Assembly (NCBI GenBank): GCA_001687465.1
Contig: LVLI01000282.1
Span: forward strand, 1 to 64,000
Length of the DNA: 64,000 nucleotides
Source of the DNA: Halocafeteria seosinensis
Lineage: Eukaryota
Reading direction: 5' to 3'
The stretch's first letter is position 1. Each line of letters begins with the position of its first letter. Made by a program: the position numbers and the translations under genes. Shown here piece by piece: positions 24,985 through 39,400 of the stretch. The notes below the pieces were generated by a model. The model was not told the DNA's origin, made no database searches, and saw nothing but the letters and a program-made list of their open reading frames with translations.

Positions 24985-26890
24985 GTAGATAATCCACGAT
25001 AGGTCACAGTGCGAGTCTGCGGCTACTTCCTGAGGTTGTTGGGCCTCTGTAGCTGACGACGGCTGTGTACAGCACAGCAAGGGGCACGGTTTGTTGAAGT
25101 GCTATATTGTGGTATCAAATCAGATGCAGCCGCTTAACGCCGGTCGATTAACTCTCTGTTCTTGTGGCGAGCATGGAGAAATTAGCAAAAAGTCTCCATA
25201 TCAGATACTCAGTTGCGCAGCAGCATTTTATTAAATTTTCCCCAGAGACAACTGAGAAAGAGGGACTATATACTTCCAACAAGGAATTGAACTTGCATGT
25301 CAGAAGATGGCTGCGAGCTCCTCAGAAATTGCAATGGTTGGTCGCTGTTAGCGACTCGGTAACTGTAGCAACCACGCAAAAAGCGAGAGCTAGCGAGAAC
25401 CAGCAAGAATCCGTTTAATTTGTTGGTTAAGTAAGAAGACATGAAGGGTATCAACGCAAATTCAATACTAATGTGGGTAGAAGCTGCTACCACCTGTCGT
25501 GGACCGACGATCAATACACGCTTGAATACAACTCGCTACTGCATTGCGTCTGGGCTCCATATACGCCCTCCCCCCCCTGCTTGGACCCATTGGGATAACC
25601 TTTCTATGACGAGATACGAATAAAATATTAGCGCTGTTATAATGCTCTTAGCCCTTCTTCCAGATCCCTTCCGCCAACAAAGAAATGGATAATGGATTCT
25701 CGAAGCGTCGCGCCGTCCAGTGGCGTCAACCCTTCAAATCCTTGTATCATATCATTTCACCGCTAGTTCGCATGACCGCAGGTTCGGATGTTGACTGCTT
25801 GTATGCTGTTTTTCTAGAAATGGATGTGTCGACCTTTAGAGCCGGCGGGCTGCTGAGCAAAGATTCTCTGTCTCTTCGTGCGACCGGAGGAAGTTTCCTA
25901 AGTCCGGTGTACTGTTGCAGTGCAGCACACAGACACCTCCCAGCCAAAAATGTTACCTACCCGATGCGTTTCTGAGGCGTGGATTCCTCCAACTGTTACA
26001 CTGCCGAAGGGAGTCTTGGATAAAACTGCAACACTGTATGTCGCCCTGTTCTGGTGCTTGGTGGCGAACAAAGTAGGCGAGGAAGCTCTTCAGAGGAACT
26101 CCGGTGAGAACACTCATGCAAGGTAGAAAGGTTAAGTTAAGTATGGATGCGGGCATACAGTCGATGATTTTTCGTGACGATGTAATTATTGGCGCACAGA
26201 TAGCTTGAATGAGCGTCTACCATTTCGTGAGTGGAACACATAAACCACAAGAACGTCCCGGGAGTTCTAGAGGCGCATGGCTGCCTGAGTTCGGCTGAAC
26301 ACAACACGCCACGTACTGCAAAGCAGTGCCGCTCTATCTACGCACTGTAGCACTGGGAAGTCTGCGGCAGATCACATGCAGCCTTGCAAACAGGACTATG
26401 TATGACGGGAACAGGAGTGTAAGTCGCACACCACCAGCAGCCAGCTGAACAGCATGACCTGTGGAACAGGTGACTTCATTGACTTCCGAGAACAAACCGC
26501 TTTATCATAATCTTCAGATATGAGTAGAGGCGGAGCAGCCTCATCCTGTTCGATACACACGATAATCGAAATAGAACGTCGATGATCGCGCTATCCCAGA
26601 ACAGACTATACGTCTTCTCAGATCGGCCAAAAGCTCGGCTCATTTCGGGATTTGATGACAACTGTCCTATGGGATTAAGTTAACGGCTCTCTGTTGTCCG
26701 CACCGGTTCCTTAGAAGGATAGTTTCCGGCACTTTGGGAGGATTGCTATGGAAGCGGCACCTTTTCGCTGAGACGCCTCCCTCAACTCACTCCAAGATAT
26801 AAGAAAGAAAGTCATCATTATCCCAGAAGGAAATCGTGTGTGTGCTCCCCTTCGCTTGGGCAAAACAGGCAAGCGATTGGAACTGGAATA

Positions 26891-29800
26891 ATGGCTCACT
26901 CGCAGAACAACGATGGAAACCATCATGCTGCGGGATCATTAGACGAAGAGCAAGAAGCATCTCTCTCTGCGGCATATTACACTTCAGGAAATCGAGTTGT
27001 TGATCGTGTTCGATCTACTACGTTCCAGGTTCTTAGTTGGATCTCCCAAAACCGGCAGGTCACCACTTCGTCCAAAGTCTTTGAGCTGGCTCTATTGGTG
27101 GTAGACTTTTTACAAGTCCTGGACCTGCTCGTTTCCCCAAATTACGGATGGTGGTATCAAACTTCCAAGTGGACCAGCACGTTCTCGATCACACATTATG
27201 TGCTTCGCAAGGAAAACGAGACCTATTTTCACCTTGGTAAGACTGTTGCTAACGGTTACAGTGTTCCCTTGTGCTCTTCGCTGAACTGCGATGCAATTGT
27301 CCTTCAGGTTTCTTCCTCTCTTTGGGATTATCGTGGGCTGTTCTCGCAAGTACGTACATAAACAGCTGGATACCATTCGCACCGTTCGATTTATTTGCTC
27401 TTCGGGTATCTTACAGTTACTACACTGGCATGTTTCGTGATTGTGGTGAGTATAGATGGCGTGTCTGGCTGTATCATAAACATTTTCAGTGGTACCATTC
27501 ATACGGTTAGGATGTACAGCAACACCAGTATGAACGCGTATGGGTAAACAAAATCTTGAAACTTGGTTCGAAAATCGCTGTGACGGCAGGTACGTCTGAC
27601 TTTAGAGTCGGATTGTTTTCTACCGGTAACCCAATGTTGCATGTCCAAGATAATGCCTTCAGGTTTAATTCCTTTGCTCCGCCTCCTTACGCTACCTCTA
27701 GAATGCGATAGCGTCCGTCGGTTCATCGAGTCCGATGCCTGCCAATCGTTTCCAAACGTACTTTACATGGCATTATCGGCGATCGTACGTACTGTATTTC
27801 CACATTTCTGATTGAATATCGTGACTACGACTAGAGTCATTTGCAGACTTTGACGCTGTTTGTTCCGTTTGCGCTTCTTATGAGGCTCTTGCATTTCGAC
27901 GATAACCGACTGTCTTCGCTTCCCATAGCGAAAGTGACAGGCAGGATCGAATTGTTAGATACGGGTGCGAGAATTGCACTTGTGCTGATGACCGTCATCT
28001 TTAAGTCGTCATCATTCCTGTCTTTTGTCGCTACGGCTATGTTTTTCTTCCTGGTCGGCTTTATCAACTTGTTTTTCCCCTACTATCATATGAAGACGAA
28101 CAGGATCCGCTCCTCTTTTTATTGCTTTCTTTTATGGGCAGCAATAGGAGGTTTCATCGCCAGTGAGTAAAATTCTACTAATATGCCATCAGATCTAATG
28201 AAGAGACACTAGTAGCTTGGTTGCAGGTGCCACTTCCCTACCAGCGAGACAATCCGTAGAATTCTCAGCGTCATGGCTCAGTATTGGAGCAGTTTTCGCA
28301 GCTTCGGCTTTTTTCTTGCCATCCTTACGTTATAGAAGGCTTAAGAAACTCGCGCATACCATCGGTGATCAATCTCTTTACGAGTACGAGATGCAGCAAT
28401 TGGGAATTGATAACAGTGCAACCTTGGGGAGTCAAACCCCCCATGACTTATATGAGCTACGGAGAAAATCAGTAGGAAGTCAACAGTATCGAATATCCTC
28501 AGACACTATGCAAAACCTGTTCAATCCATCAAAACAATTTGAACGCATCGCATCGGAATCGGAATCTGATGATGGTGATGATATGGAACAAAAATGCAAC
28601 ACGGAAGGCGAAATCGTGACAAATACGGAAGAGAAACAAGACTCCACGCACGAGGAAGATACACCAAAAAGGCAAGAAGAGGAAGAACAGCCAGTTCATC
28701 GCAAACCAATTAGCGAACGGAAACAGCCTGGAAGGATTCCACTGGCGGAACTGTTTAAGAGGCACTACCTGTTTGAAGCAGATATCGAGACAATGGTACG
28801 CACTCTGTTAGAGGATCCCACGAGGTCCAATTTGCAACAAGTTTCAGTCATTCTCAATGCGGCTTTGAAGGTTTTTCCGGAAAGTGCATTTATCAGAATT
28901 GTCTTCTCATCCATAGTGTTGGCCTATACTAGAACTAGCGACCGAGTAGTCTCCCTGTTGCTTCAAGCGCAAAAGCTGCCAGCGCCCCTTGATATCAAGT
29001 TTCTCCTGTTTACAAAGATTCAAGATTGGAACAAAATCCGACAGGAAGAAAACATGGGCGACGGAACTGACATGACATCGATGGTCCAATTTAAGAAACT
29101 ATACAACGAGGCGTGCGAACACCATCGGGAAGCAGTCAAGTATATACTCAAGTTCTGGTCCACTCTACGGTCGGCAAATTACGCACAACACTCACTGGCC
29201 GGAATTACCCGGAAAATTTCGAATGCAAAAGCAGAAGCAGAGCAAGCATATGGCAACCTTTTGGATAGATACCCATCCAGTAAAACGGTCTTGCGAAGTT
29301 ACGGGTTGTTCTGTTTGTACATCAAGAATGAGGAGCAGTTGGCTGAAGTGTACTTACGGCACGCTGATAAAGGGAGTGGTGCCGGGGGAGATGAAGAAGG
29401 TCGAAGCAGTCAGGGTGGAGGGAGCAGTAGCTATGGAGGTGGTAGCAGCAGTATGGGAACAAGCACTTTAGCAGATGCTCGTAACCGACAGTCGAATCGT
29501 CGTTTAGAGATTAAACACCCTGAATTCGAAGCTCTCCGGCGACTGCGCCTGGGCTTTTGGCTTCTAATGTTTGCTCTAGTGGCACTAACGATTGGGCTGT
29601 TTGTCGGAGCAAGCATTCTAAAGGATCGTTTCTTTTTAAATCTCCCCGCTATTGCTGAATCAGGTGCAAGGCGAGAGGCAACGGAAGAAATCTGGCTACA
29701 CAGTCGTGGTTTACAACTTGCCGTGCTGAACGATCGAAAAGATCTCATTTCGCAGCATCGCGAAGCTTTACTTGCAACAGCAAAAAAATTGGATCAAGAA

Positions 29801-32399
29801 CATCAAGATCTGTATTGTAAGTACTGGGTCATCTATTGAATTGGTTCGGAATGTGCATTCGAACTATTTGACTCGATTTCCTTCCACAGTTCACGGAATC
29901 CTCAGCGACGACATTAGCAACCTGTGGCAACAGAAAAGAATTCCTGTGAGGTTTTTTGATCCTTCTGACAATGACAGCCCCATCAGGGAAGAAATGTTTA
30001 ACTTGTGGGATTTAGGCAATTTCTTCATCGCCACAGCTACAGTGTTTGCTAACTTAGATGAATCGGAAATCAGAGAGGCGGAAACTTCATCAAGCTGGAG
30101 ATTCCTTGCAGATAACTGCTTCCAGATAATGCTTGAGTCTTTCGAGGAAGCCACGGCAGCCTACGATGACTTAAATCAAAAGACTACCGAGGACTCCGAC
30201 ATCCTACAAGGGGTCATTCTTGGAGTCAAAGCGGTGGTGACTACGGTCTTGGCGTTGGTGATACTTCGTCCAGCGATTCACGCTGTCCACCAAGCCAAAC
30301 GAGGTCTGCACGACATTGTGGATAGAATTCCGAATCATGTAGTAAGATTCTTCAATAATCGGTTTCGAGCTATTTCAAGACTTTACAGCAGCATGGAAGG
30401 AGCTGATGAAGAGACAAAAGAAAATCTTGAAAAGAAGCTCCAGGATCCAAAACTGAGAGATCTAACCAGTGCTCTCCACCGCCGAGTCTCTAAGTCTCCA
30501 CAACGACAGCCAGACAAACACAGACAGTACAAGGCCTCCTTGGAGTCTTATCAGCATGGTACAAGAATATTTCCGAAGTCACTGAAGGATAACAAAGAGT
30601 TCCACAACTACGGAAAAAAGAATGAGTATGGGAGCGGTGACGTTGCGGAACAGGACGACGTGGACGGCTCCATCGAAGGAGATGAGGACGAAGGTATCGA
30701 TGCTCATTCGGAAGAGGAAGAGGACAGAAGCAATCAATACAACTTAAACAACGTCGTCGAAGAGAATGTTGGGGACGACGCTGTTCAAGATGCTCAGATT
30801 GAATATATGAGGGAGAATGTAGATGGTCTAATTGAGGCACAGGTAAGCGAAACGGACCCAAACGTGGAGGGCAACAGTCCTATTCCCAATGAAGCGGCGT
30901 ATAACAGCATGGTTCCGTCTGTAAATTTCTCTCAAAGCCCTGACGTGGATCTGCCTCCTCAGGATGATTTTAACGAGAAAGACACGCAGAATTATGCAGT
31001 CCAATTGGGAGGTGAAGTACACTTTTCGGAGGAGACGTCTGAGGATGGTGACACTAAGGACGACAGAGAACTTGGAGCTACCGACGGCCAGAGACACAAA
31101 CCCGTATCTACCAACGAGAGCGCTCCAGCACTTTCCAATCAGTTTCAGCAGATGCCTGATGTGTACGATACGAAGCCAGCGACTTCACTCTTTCCCCGCA
31201 CAGACACCGAATCCAAGACCACGTCTCTTCTAGACACAATCAAGCGGCAAAACAATACGCCCTTTCATGAAGCTGATGACTTGACTGATGCGGGAGTGGA
31301 TTCAGACAATTCGAACTACGAGGACGTTTATAAGGGCAAATACAAGCCGTCGAAGGTGGTTCCAAATCTGAGGGAGCAAGTTCTACCTCCTATTAAAGAG
31401 TCTCAGCAATCAAAAGCTAAGATTCCCGATCAAGCGAGGGATAGGCAAACCAACCAAACAGTTTCAGGCAAGAAACTTTCTGACTCTAAGACATTCTTAT
31501 CATCCAAGATTAATCTTTGTAGTGTACTATTTGGTGTACCAAAGAGCGACGATGAAAAACATCTTCGACGACTTACGCTGAGAATCTCTCTTGCTACCCT
31601 GCTTCTTAATCTTCTCTATTTGGGCAACTTCTTTCTAAGTTTCAACATTATGAGGCGCGGAAGCACGACGGGATCAGAACTAAACCAAGCAGAACGCCGG
31701 ATTTTTCTGAGCACGGAGCTCGTGTCTCTGACTCGAGAATTGATGATTGGAGATAATGAAGTGTTTGCCTCTATGAATACCACACGTGGTCGACTACTCG
31801 ACCGCGCTCTATTGTTGGAGAAAGTTCATGACGGTTTGAGATTCGGCAACGAAGAACTTAATCTTCCGGGGAGTGATAGACGTGGGGGTTTGCTACAAGA
31901 TATATTGTATGAGCGCGGCCATGCAGCCTTCAATCTCAGCATGGATCCTTACGGCGATACGTTCTTTTCCCAAGGCGTTGGTGTAGGGATTCACTTCCTC
32001 CTCCGAAATGTTCGTCTGCTGACTAGTAGGTATGGGCAACTTGAGGCCGATCTTCCAGGTCTAAACCTAAGTCTGCTACACGCTGATGACGAATTCAGTT
32101 TTATTCGAACTCTTGAGAAAGAGCACATACGTCCTGGCCTAAAGAAGGCTGGAGAAGAATTCATTGATATTGGTTTCCAAACTTTGGAAAATTTGGAGGT
32201 CTACGAAGTGCTCCTATTTATCGCCGATTTGGCTCTTTATGTTCTTTTGTGGGCTGCTGTGTACCGCAAAATGACTGAGGACCTTGTATCAGAGGGAAAG
32301 TTGAGCGAGGAGGTGCTGCTGCTCATACCCCCGGAAGTCGTAGACAATACCAAGAGTCTGCACGTTTTCTTCAAGAGCAACACTGGAGTCTTGGGCTAG
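26891..32399 (+). CDS. TmcB/TmcC-like multi-pass membrane protein lacking PAS domains (8 exons)
   Basis: N-terminal TM bundle (DFLQV, C...C loop, PYYH..TN.IRS), TPR-like region (ALKVFPESAF..I, LDIKFLLF, FWSTL, AEQAYGNLLDRYPSSKTVLRSYGLFCLYIKNEEQLA), then two TM-ectodomain-TM modules ending in 'IP..VV'. This matches the tiny-macrocysts B/C architecture. Confidence 0.75.
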
Positions 32400-32902
32400 G
32401 CTGCATGAACCCGAGAATGCCTTCCAGTTTTGCGTAACCGCATGGGCCAGTACCACTAGTTGGTGTGATGTTCTGCGGCCTCGCCGCCAGTGCACTTGCC
32501 CACTTAAAACCTCTATTTGGATAAATCTACTTTAATTCTTTTCCAGAATAAACGTATTCACTCTATCCCTACGACCACCGAACATGGTGCCGTATGAACA
32601 AACGAACACTCCCAGTAATGTGCACAGGGAGCGCAAACTGTCTTTCCCATTAAGAGGAGATGACTGCAAGTTCTCAAACGAGCTGATAATGTCTTTCAGG
32701 GAGCTCTGTGTGCCGTTTCTCAAACTCAACATTCACTCATTTAACAAACAAGATCGGACGCAATGCTTCTCTTCTGGATCCTTGACAGCGTTTGTGCGTA
32801 CCATCCTGCTCTTCAAGAGATACTGGGCTACAGTGTTAGTACCCTTTAAGTCTTGGATTCACATACGTACGCACTCGCGATGTGCGCAGCTGACTGAGGA
32901 GT

Positions 32903-35900
32903 CTAAGCATCCGATCCCAACAAGTAAAACTCTTTCCATCGCTTCAATTCTGCTTTTGCCACGTTCGCTTCTTGTACTGCTTCATCCCGCTGTTGTTCTA
33001 CCTTCTTCAAGTGAGAGTCACTCCTCTGAGTATCATGCTCACAAGTGTGACACCGATGAAGAGCGCTGGCTAATTCTTCGATTTTCTTCGATTGATGATT
33101 GATTGTGTGCGTCTTTGCCATCACTTCTTCACTCAAACGATGGCGCTCGTCATTCAGTTTGCCCATCTGATGTTTCAAAGAGGCTTGGCGCTGACCATTT
33201 GCTGCATCAATTTCTTTGAGCCTAGATTGTAGACGATCAATTTCTTTCCTTAGCATTGATATCGTGTTCTGTTGTTTGTTAAAGAGACTTCTCAAAGATG
33301 ATCCTTCTCGTGTCGTCGCTTCGAGTCTCGCTATATCGGCTTGCAGTCGTCGGCACCTTCTTGCTTCGAACTTTCGTAAATGGCGTTCAAAATGGACTTG
33401 ACTTTGTTCCCAGGGCAGCGTTGAAGCACTATCATCCTCGGGATCTACGATGGAATTCAGGGTCAAAGCAGATTTACTGAAAATCTCCCGGCATTGGCCA
33501 GGAAACATCAAGGATAGCTTGTGCTGATCTTCTTTAGCAATATGTTCTGAACGAACGTGAGCCTCTTGCATAGAGCAGCTCTTCCGAAGCAACGAGGAAC
33601 ACATTGAAGCGTGCTTTTGAAATCTTTGAAGAAGGAAGGAAGACCATCGCTCATGTTCGTCAATACCACTCCCGTGAGTCTGTATAGTCTGCTCTCCGTT
33701 TGTTGCAACAGAGTGCGTCTCACTAATCCTTTTCGTTTCACGCACGTCGGTTGTGTGCCCGTAATACTCAAACTTGGAGCAACCTATAATCTTTTTTGAC
33801 GCATCAGATCCCGAATCGCCCGGATAGCTTCGTTTCTCAGCACCACCGTCTTCTCGCTTTCCGTGGTAAGATTGCCCGAGAATGAACGAGCCCGATTGAC
33901 TCGACAAAGAGAAGTCACTTATGTTTCCTCCCTCAGTAGGGCCCGTGCACTCTGGGGACATGGCGAACTGCAACCCACTTGTTCCTCCGCCTGGTTGGGA
34001 AGCAAGGCCATTTGTAGGATGAGTAGCCTCGCCATTTGGAGCATCATTAGTGTCGTCTAAGGTGCACTGCACGGAAGCATTTTTCATCACGACGCGAGGT
34101 CGTTGACGGTCTTCCGTTTCTCCTATGATACTTTCCCAATTCTGACCGACCAAAAACAAGAAAACAGTTTCTGGATCACACGGAGTAGAAGCGTTGCTAC
34201 TTCCAAAAAGTGAGACACCTATTTCATCCTTGAACGCCTTTGCTCTCATATCAGGGAGAAGAGCATACCATCTACTGGGATCTGTTTCCGATTCACTACT
34301 AAAAAGAAGAGCGGTGGTAATGTCGGAAGAGATATGCTCCAAGAATGACGAAACAAAGAGAACGAAATTTACCTTAACCTGCCTCGTTGCCTCTGAAGTA
34401 CCTTCCGTCGAGGCGGTCTTATTCGCCAAAACGTCGCGACAACTTCGTAAAGCATGCAGGCAGTGATGCGGGAATAACCGACAAAATAAACCTAAGATAA
34501 CCTGCAAAGCGTCCTCCATGCACAGATGCGCGCATGTATCCGAGTCCCCTATCCTCTCTATTTTCTTCTGACTCCCATCCGTGCTTGAGTTGTTTTGTCC
34601 TTCGCGCTTTGCAGAAAAATACGCTTGGAGTATGCGGCATAGAGCATCTAGCGAAGGTGCTAACTTCGCCTGGACAAGCGGTAAGGCGGAGGGAAGAGCA
34701 ATTATAAGGGACCACACGGAGAGGCAATAACTTTCCCAGTCCGTACAGTCAACGGCAAAATGAAGCCCCGTCTTGCCGGAGTTCAGTTCGTCAGTGGAAG
34801 AAGCCGTAGTATTCATACGTGGGGAAGTAGTCCCTGATGCGCTTGATCCGACAGATGTCGAAGAAAGCGTGCGCGTAACTAACTGCTGATCTTCAGTAAA
34901 GTTTTGATGGTATTCTGCATCCCCCGACCGACTATCTGCTGATTCTGTCCGATTCGACGTGGATACCGAATCGCGAGGTGATCGATGGAGGGGCAAACAG
35001 TGGCATATTACCGTCAACAGGCAATCATAAAGACGGAGAAATAGAATCCTACTCATAGCGGACGCTGTCGAGCTGTCCGTCAGTATTTTTAACAACGACC
35101 TTAGAGTTTTCCGTCTTGTTTGTTGCTGAAACATATATCGCTGTAGAAGGTCAATGAACTGGTCGGGGCACCATTGGGCATAGCAACTCATTGTTCGAAT
35201 AAACATTTTCTCTTGGTGGGACTTTCCTTCAACGAGCGACGAGAACCGGCATCGGAGAATAGGCGTTTCCCCTGGCTCATTGTTGTGAAAATGCTCTGCC
35301 AAGAGCATACCCGCGAATGCACGGTCCACTACCATCATTAGCGGGGCCAGCTCACCAACCAGCTCACGAAGACGCCGTTCACGGGTTCCGAAAGAGGATA
35401 AGATCAGTATATGCCAGTACTCTGAAAAATTGCGCAGTTGCTCGTGTGAGCTTTCAGGATGCGAGGATACTCGTTGTTGCCGGTTGTCTTGCTGCTTCTG
35501 CTGTTGCTTTGAAGACTGTGGCACAACACTTCTTCTATGGGAAGACATTAATGATTGGTGTTTGAATACAATATCCAGGGTCTCTCGTTGAGAATATTCC
35601 GGTTCCTTGAATCCATTGGGGACTTTGAAGTGCTGCTTCAGAATCCGTAGGACAATACTAAACACGGGTATCTTCTTGGAGACCCCGAGTTTATCAGGTT
35701 TAATGGTCTTGAATAAAGTGACCGGGAATTTCTCCAAGAAAGCCCTCGTGAAGTTTTCATTCGCCGACATCTCCCCACATATTTCCTGCACGGACCATCA
35801 TTAAAAACCGCGTAAAATTCACCATCCGATAGGTACGTCAACATCTTTGAAAAGCGGCAAAACATACATCATAGAGCTCATGATCGGGCTCTCCACGTTT

Positions 35901-35951
35901 CACGGTCTCCAGTACACGGGAGATGTACTTTTTCGACTGCGTTACTGCCAT
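32903..35951 (-). CDS. TSC1: Hamartin (TSC1)-like protein (2 exons)
   Basis: Exon 1 35951-35868 (MAVTQSKK...), intron 35867-35786, then a long exon 2. Hamartin-like motifs occur in the expected order: SLIIALPSALP...LDALCRIL, GLFCRLFPHHCLHALR, ESETDPSRW, then a low-complexity linker, SQVHFERHLRKFEARRCRRL and a coiled coil. Confidence 0.65.
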
Positions 35952-36439
35952 ATTTCACCCCCTTTTCTACTCCTATACCAATCGAAAATTGTACGAGAAA
36001 AACGATATTGGCGTCGTTGGAAACCGATATGGCCTGTGGAACGTGTTATCGGCCTTGGAAGTCCATTGTCCTTGTCTACACAGTCTGTAGTTGAAGATGC
36101 GAGAGACCAGTTCAGTTCCAGTCGATTCTTATCATTTTAATACGGATTTCTTCCGTACTTAAGCATCGTCAATCATTCATGTATTTCATTGACACACTAT
36201 CCTACGGTGTACATGCCTTATGAAGACAGCAAACGAGCTTCTGAAACAATCAAACAATCTTTTCATTCAGTCTTTATACTGAGGACATTATGCGTCCTCT
36301 GGAAGATTTGTATGCGTATACAAAGTCGACATGCGGTGTAAAACAATGTTGCGTGGTTGATTTGCGTGACTAAAGTGTGTGGTCGACAGCTTGGATATCG
36401 TACAGCCCGGTGGAGGGTCTTCAAGGGAAGAGTTCAAGA

Positions 36440-39400
36440 ATGAACCATCAAGCTATTTCATCGTCTACACGGGGTGCAGAGCGTGCTCAGGTGTCGGAGG
36501 GGGCGCCCAAGTACTCACAGAGCTCTAGCATGTCGCCGCCAAACGCTGTGAATTGCATAAAAGGGGAAATTCACAATGTTTTGTCCGTGATGAGACTGAA
36601 CCAGCGATGGGCCTCGGAGGCCAGATTTCGGAAAGAAATCCCTTTACAGTCCGAAACACCGTTGCTGAGGTCATTTAAGACATTGCACAATTATCTACAG
36701 AGGTTGGTTGATATCAACGATGTCGATACAGTGTTCTACTTGCAGCCATTCTTGGACGTCATTGCCTCCAAAGACACCAGTGGACCCTTGACAGAAATGG
36801 CTCTATCTGCAGTTAACAAGTTTTTATTGTATGGGTTCGTCCATCCTCAGGCTCCACGGTGCCGAGAAGCTGTGAATAAGATTGCCGAAGCGGCGACGCA
36901 GTGCCGTTTTGAATCCTCGTCCTCGACGGATGACGAAGCGACTCTGATGAAACTGCTGGAACTGCTTGTGAATTGTCTCCGAAGTGTTGCTGGACCTCTG
37001 TTGACGGATGAGCGAGTGTGGCAGGTTACTGTGTGTTGCTTCCGTATAGCCAATATCGACCGAGCATCGTACCTGTTGCAGAAAAATGCAGAGTCGACAT
37101 TAACCCACGTCATTTTAATAGTGTTTTCTAGGATCGATGATCTCGAAGATACCATCGGAGAATCCGAGACCGATCTACTGAGGGAAGCAGAGAGCCACGT
37201 TATGTCAGGAGAACAACGCGGTGGAAGCATTGCAGAGCACGCCAGTACTGATAAAGAAGGAGTTTCTCCGCGAGCTGAGCATGATGATAGACAACAGTCT
37301 TGCGAAGCGGATTCCCAACAATCGGACTCTGATTACGGGCACCCATCGACAAGATCAGCTCGGTCGTCTTCTTTGACAGTCGGTCACGTTAGGGGAAACA
37401 CGAGGCACCCCTACGGTTCCTGTGTTCTAACAAAGATGCTATCGTGGCTGTCGAGGATGACGGATCCTAGTCAGAATACCAAATATACGAGGATTGTCGG
37501 TTTAAGGCTAATCAACATTGCTCTCGAAACAGCTGGGGCTAGTTTGGCAAAGTTCTCAAGTATTGTGAAAGTGGTGCAAACCGAGTTATGTAAATTTCTC
37601 GTGCAAAACAGTAGAGAAGAGGAACTCACGGTACTCAGTCCTACGTTGCGAGTGGTTTTCAATCTTTTCAACCCTTTAAAGGAACATTTAAAAGTGCAGC
37701 TGGAAGTGTTCTTTACGAGTGTGCATTTGTACTTGGCGGACAGCACCACCGCCCGTCCAGAACAAAAGGAATTAGCCCTGGAGTCGCTGTTAGAGTTCTG
37801 CAGAGAACCAGCATTGATGCTTGATCTGTATATTAATTACGATTGTGACGTCGCATGCACGAATCTCTTTGAAACGCTCTGCCGGTGTCTATGCCGCAAT
37901 GCAGTCCCTGAAAATGGTCCACTGACTTCGTTGCATGTGTTGTCTTTGGAAGGGGTCCTTGCTGTAGTGGAGAATATGGCCAGAAGGTGCGCAATTGCTG
38001 CTCGAATGGCTAATAGTGAATCTCAGCAACCGGAAGAAGAAAGCTCTACGGCAGGGGAAGAACTTCCTCTTGAACAACTTCGTCAGCAGAAACATCTGAA
38101 AAAGCGCATGGGTTTGGCTGCTACCCGTTTTAACAGAGAAGGTATACGACATAACAATTGGATCCCGTACGTGCAGGATATCAATTTGCTTCCCATTCCA
38201 TCAACTCCAGACAGTGTTGCGAACTTCTTCCGGGAGTGTACCGGTCTGGATTCGACAATAATCGGCGACTATCTTTCGCAGCCTGATGATGAAAAACATG
38301 CCTTTCATACTGCGGTAAGGAAGGCGTATTTAAGCACGTTCTCCTTCACAGACCGGGGCATCGACGACGCTCTTAGAGAGTTTCTCGGCTGTTTCCGACT
38401 CCCGGGAGAAGCACAGAAGATTGAGCGGCTGATGTCTGCTTTTGCAGAAAAGTATTTTGCCCAACAGGAGGAGACGCCGTTGAAAAACGAAGACACAGCG
38501 TTTATTTTGAGTTACAGCATCATAATGCTGCAAACTGATCTTCATAATCCTCAGGTCTCGCGAAAGATGACGGAGGAGGAGTTCATCAAAAACAATCGTG
38601 GGATTAATGATGGGGCGGATCTCCCTCGTGAGTATCTTCAAAATATTTATAGATCCGTCCAAAAGAATGGCATCGAGCTGAAAACGAATTCGTCTAGTTT
38701 GAATAAGCATAATGCCACCGAAGTGTCAGCTGCTTGGGATGGTATCCTTGCACGTGAAGATGCTGTTAGTGCCTTTACTTCAACGGCTCCTCTTGGAAAG
38801 AGTTTGCGTTCGGACAGTGCAGGGATTGTGGACGATACTGATCAGTCTGATAACTACACGACCCAATGGATTCAAAGTGCTGCGCTGCATGAGAAGGACA
38901 TGTTTGCGTTGGTTGCTGATGCTACTCTTGGAGCTATTAGCTTCGTTTGGGAGAACACCACCGACGAGGCTGTGTTGAGAAAGACGATGCTGGGATGGAG
39001 ACACGCGGCCACAATAGCCAGTTATCACAAAATGGATAATACGTTGAACAGCATTGTCATTTCTTTGTGTAAGTTCTTCAAGAAAACCGTGGAGAACACA
39101 ATGGAGCTATCTCGCTCTGACTTGCCGTCTGATAAAGTAACACTGGGTCCTTTGGATGGTTTCCTGTATCATGATATGGACAAATCGAAGGAGGAAGACG
39201 GTGTAGATGAAAGCACTTCGACTCCGTATGGGAGCGCTAGCTTCAATGCTCAGGTAAATGGTACTGCGCAAAGAAATGAATCGAGGGAGGGTGTCGGCGA
39301 TAGTGGGAATCATACACCAGGGAGTATGACTGGCTCCATTTCAGACAACGAAATGCAAGTACTGGAACACAGTGCCTCTAATCCCACTCTATTGGAGCTT

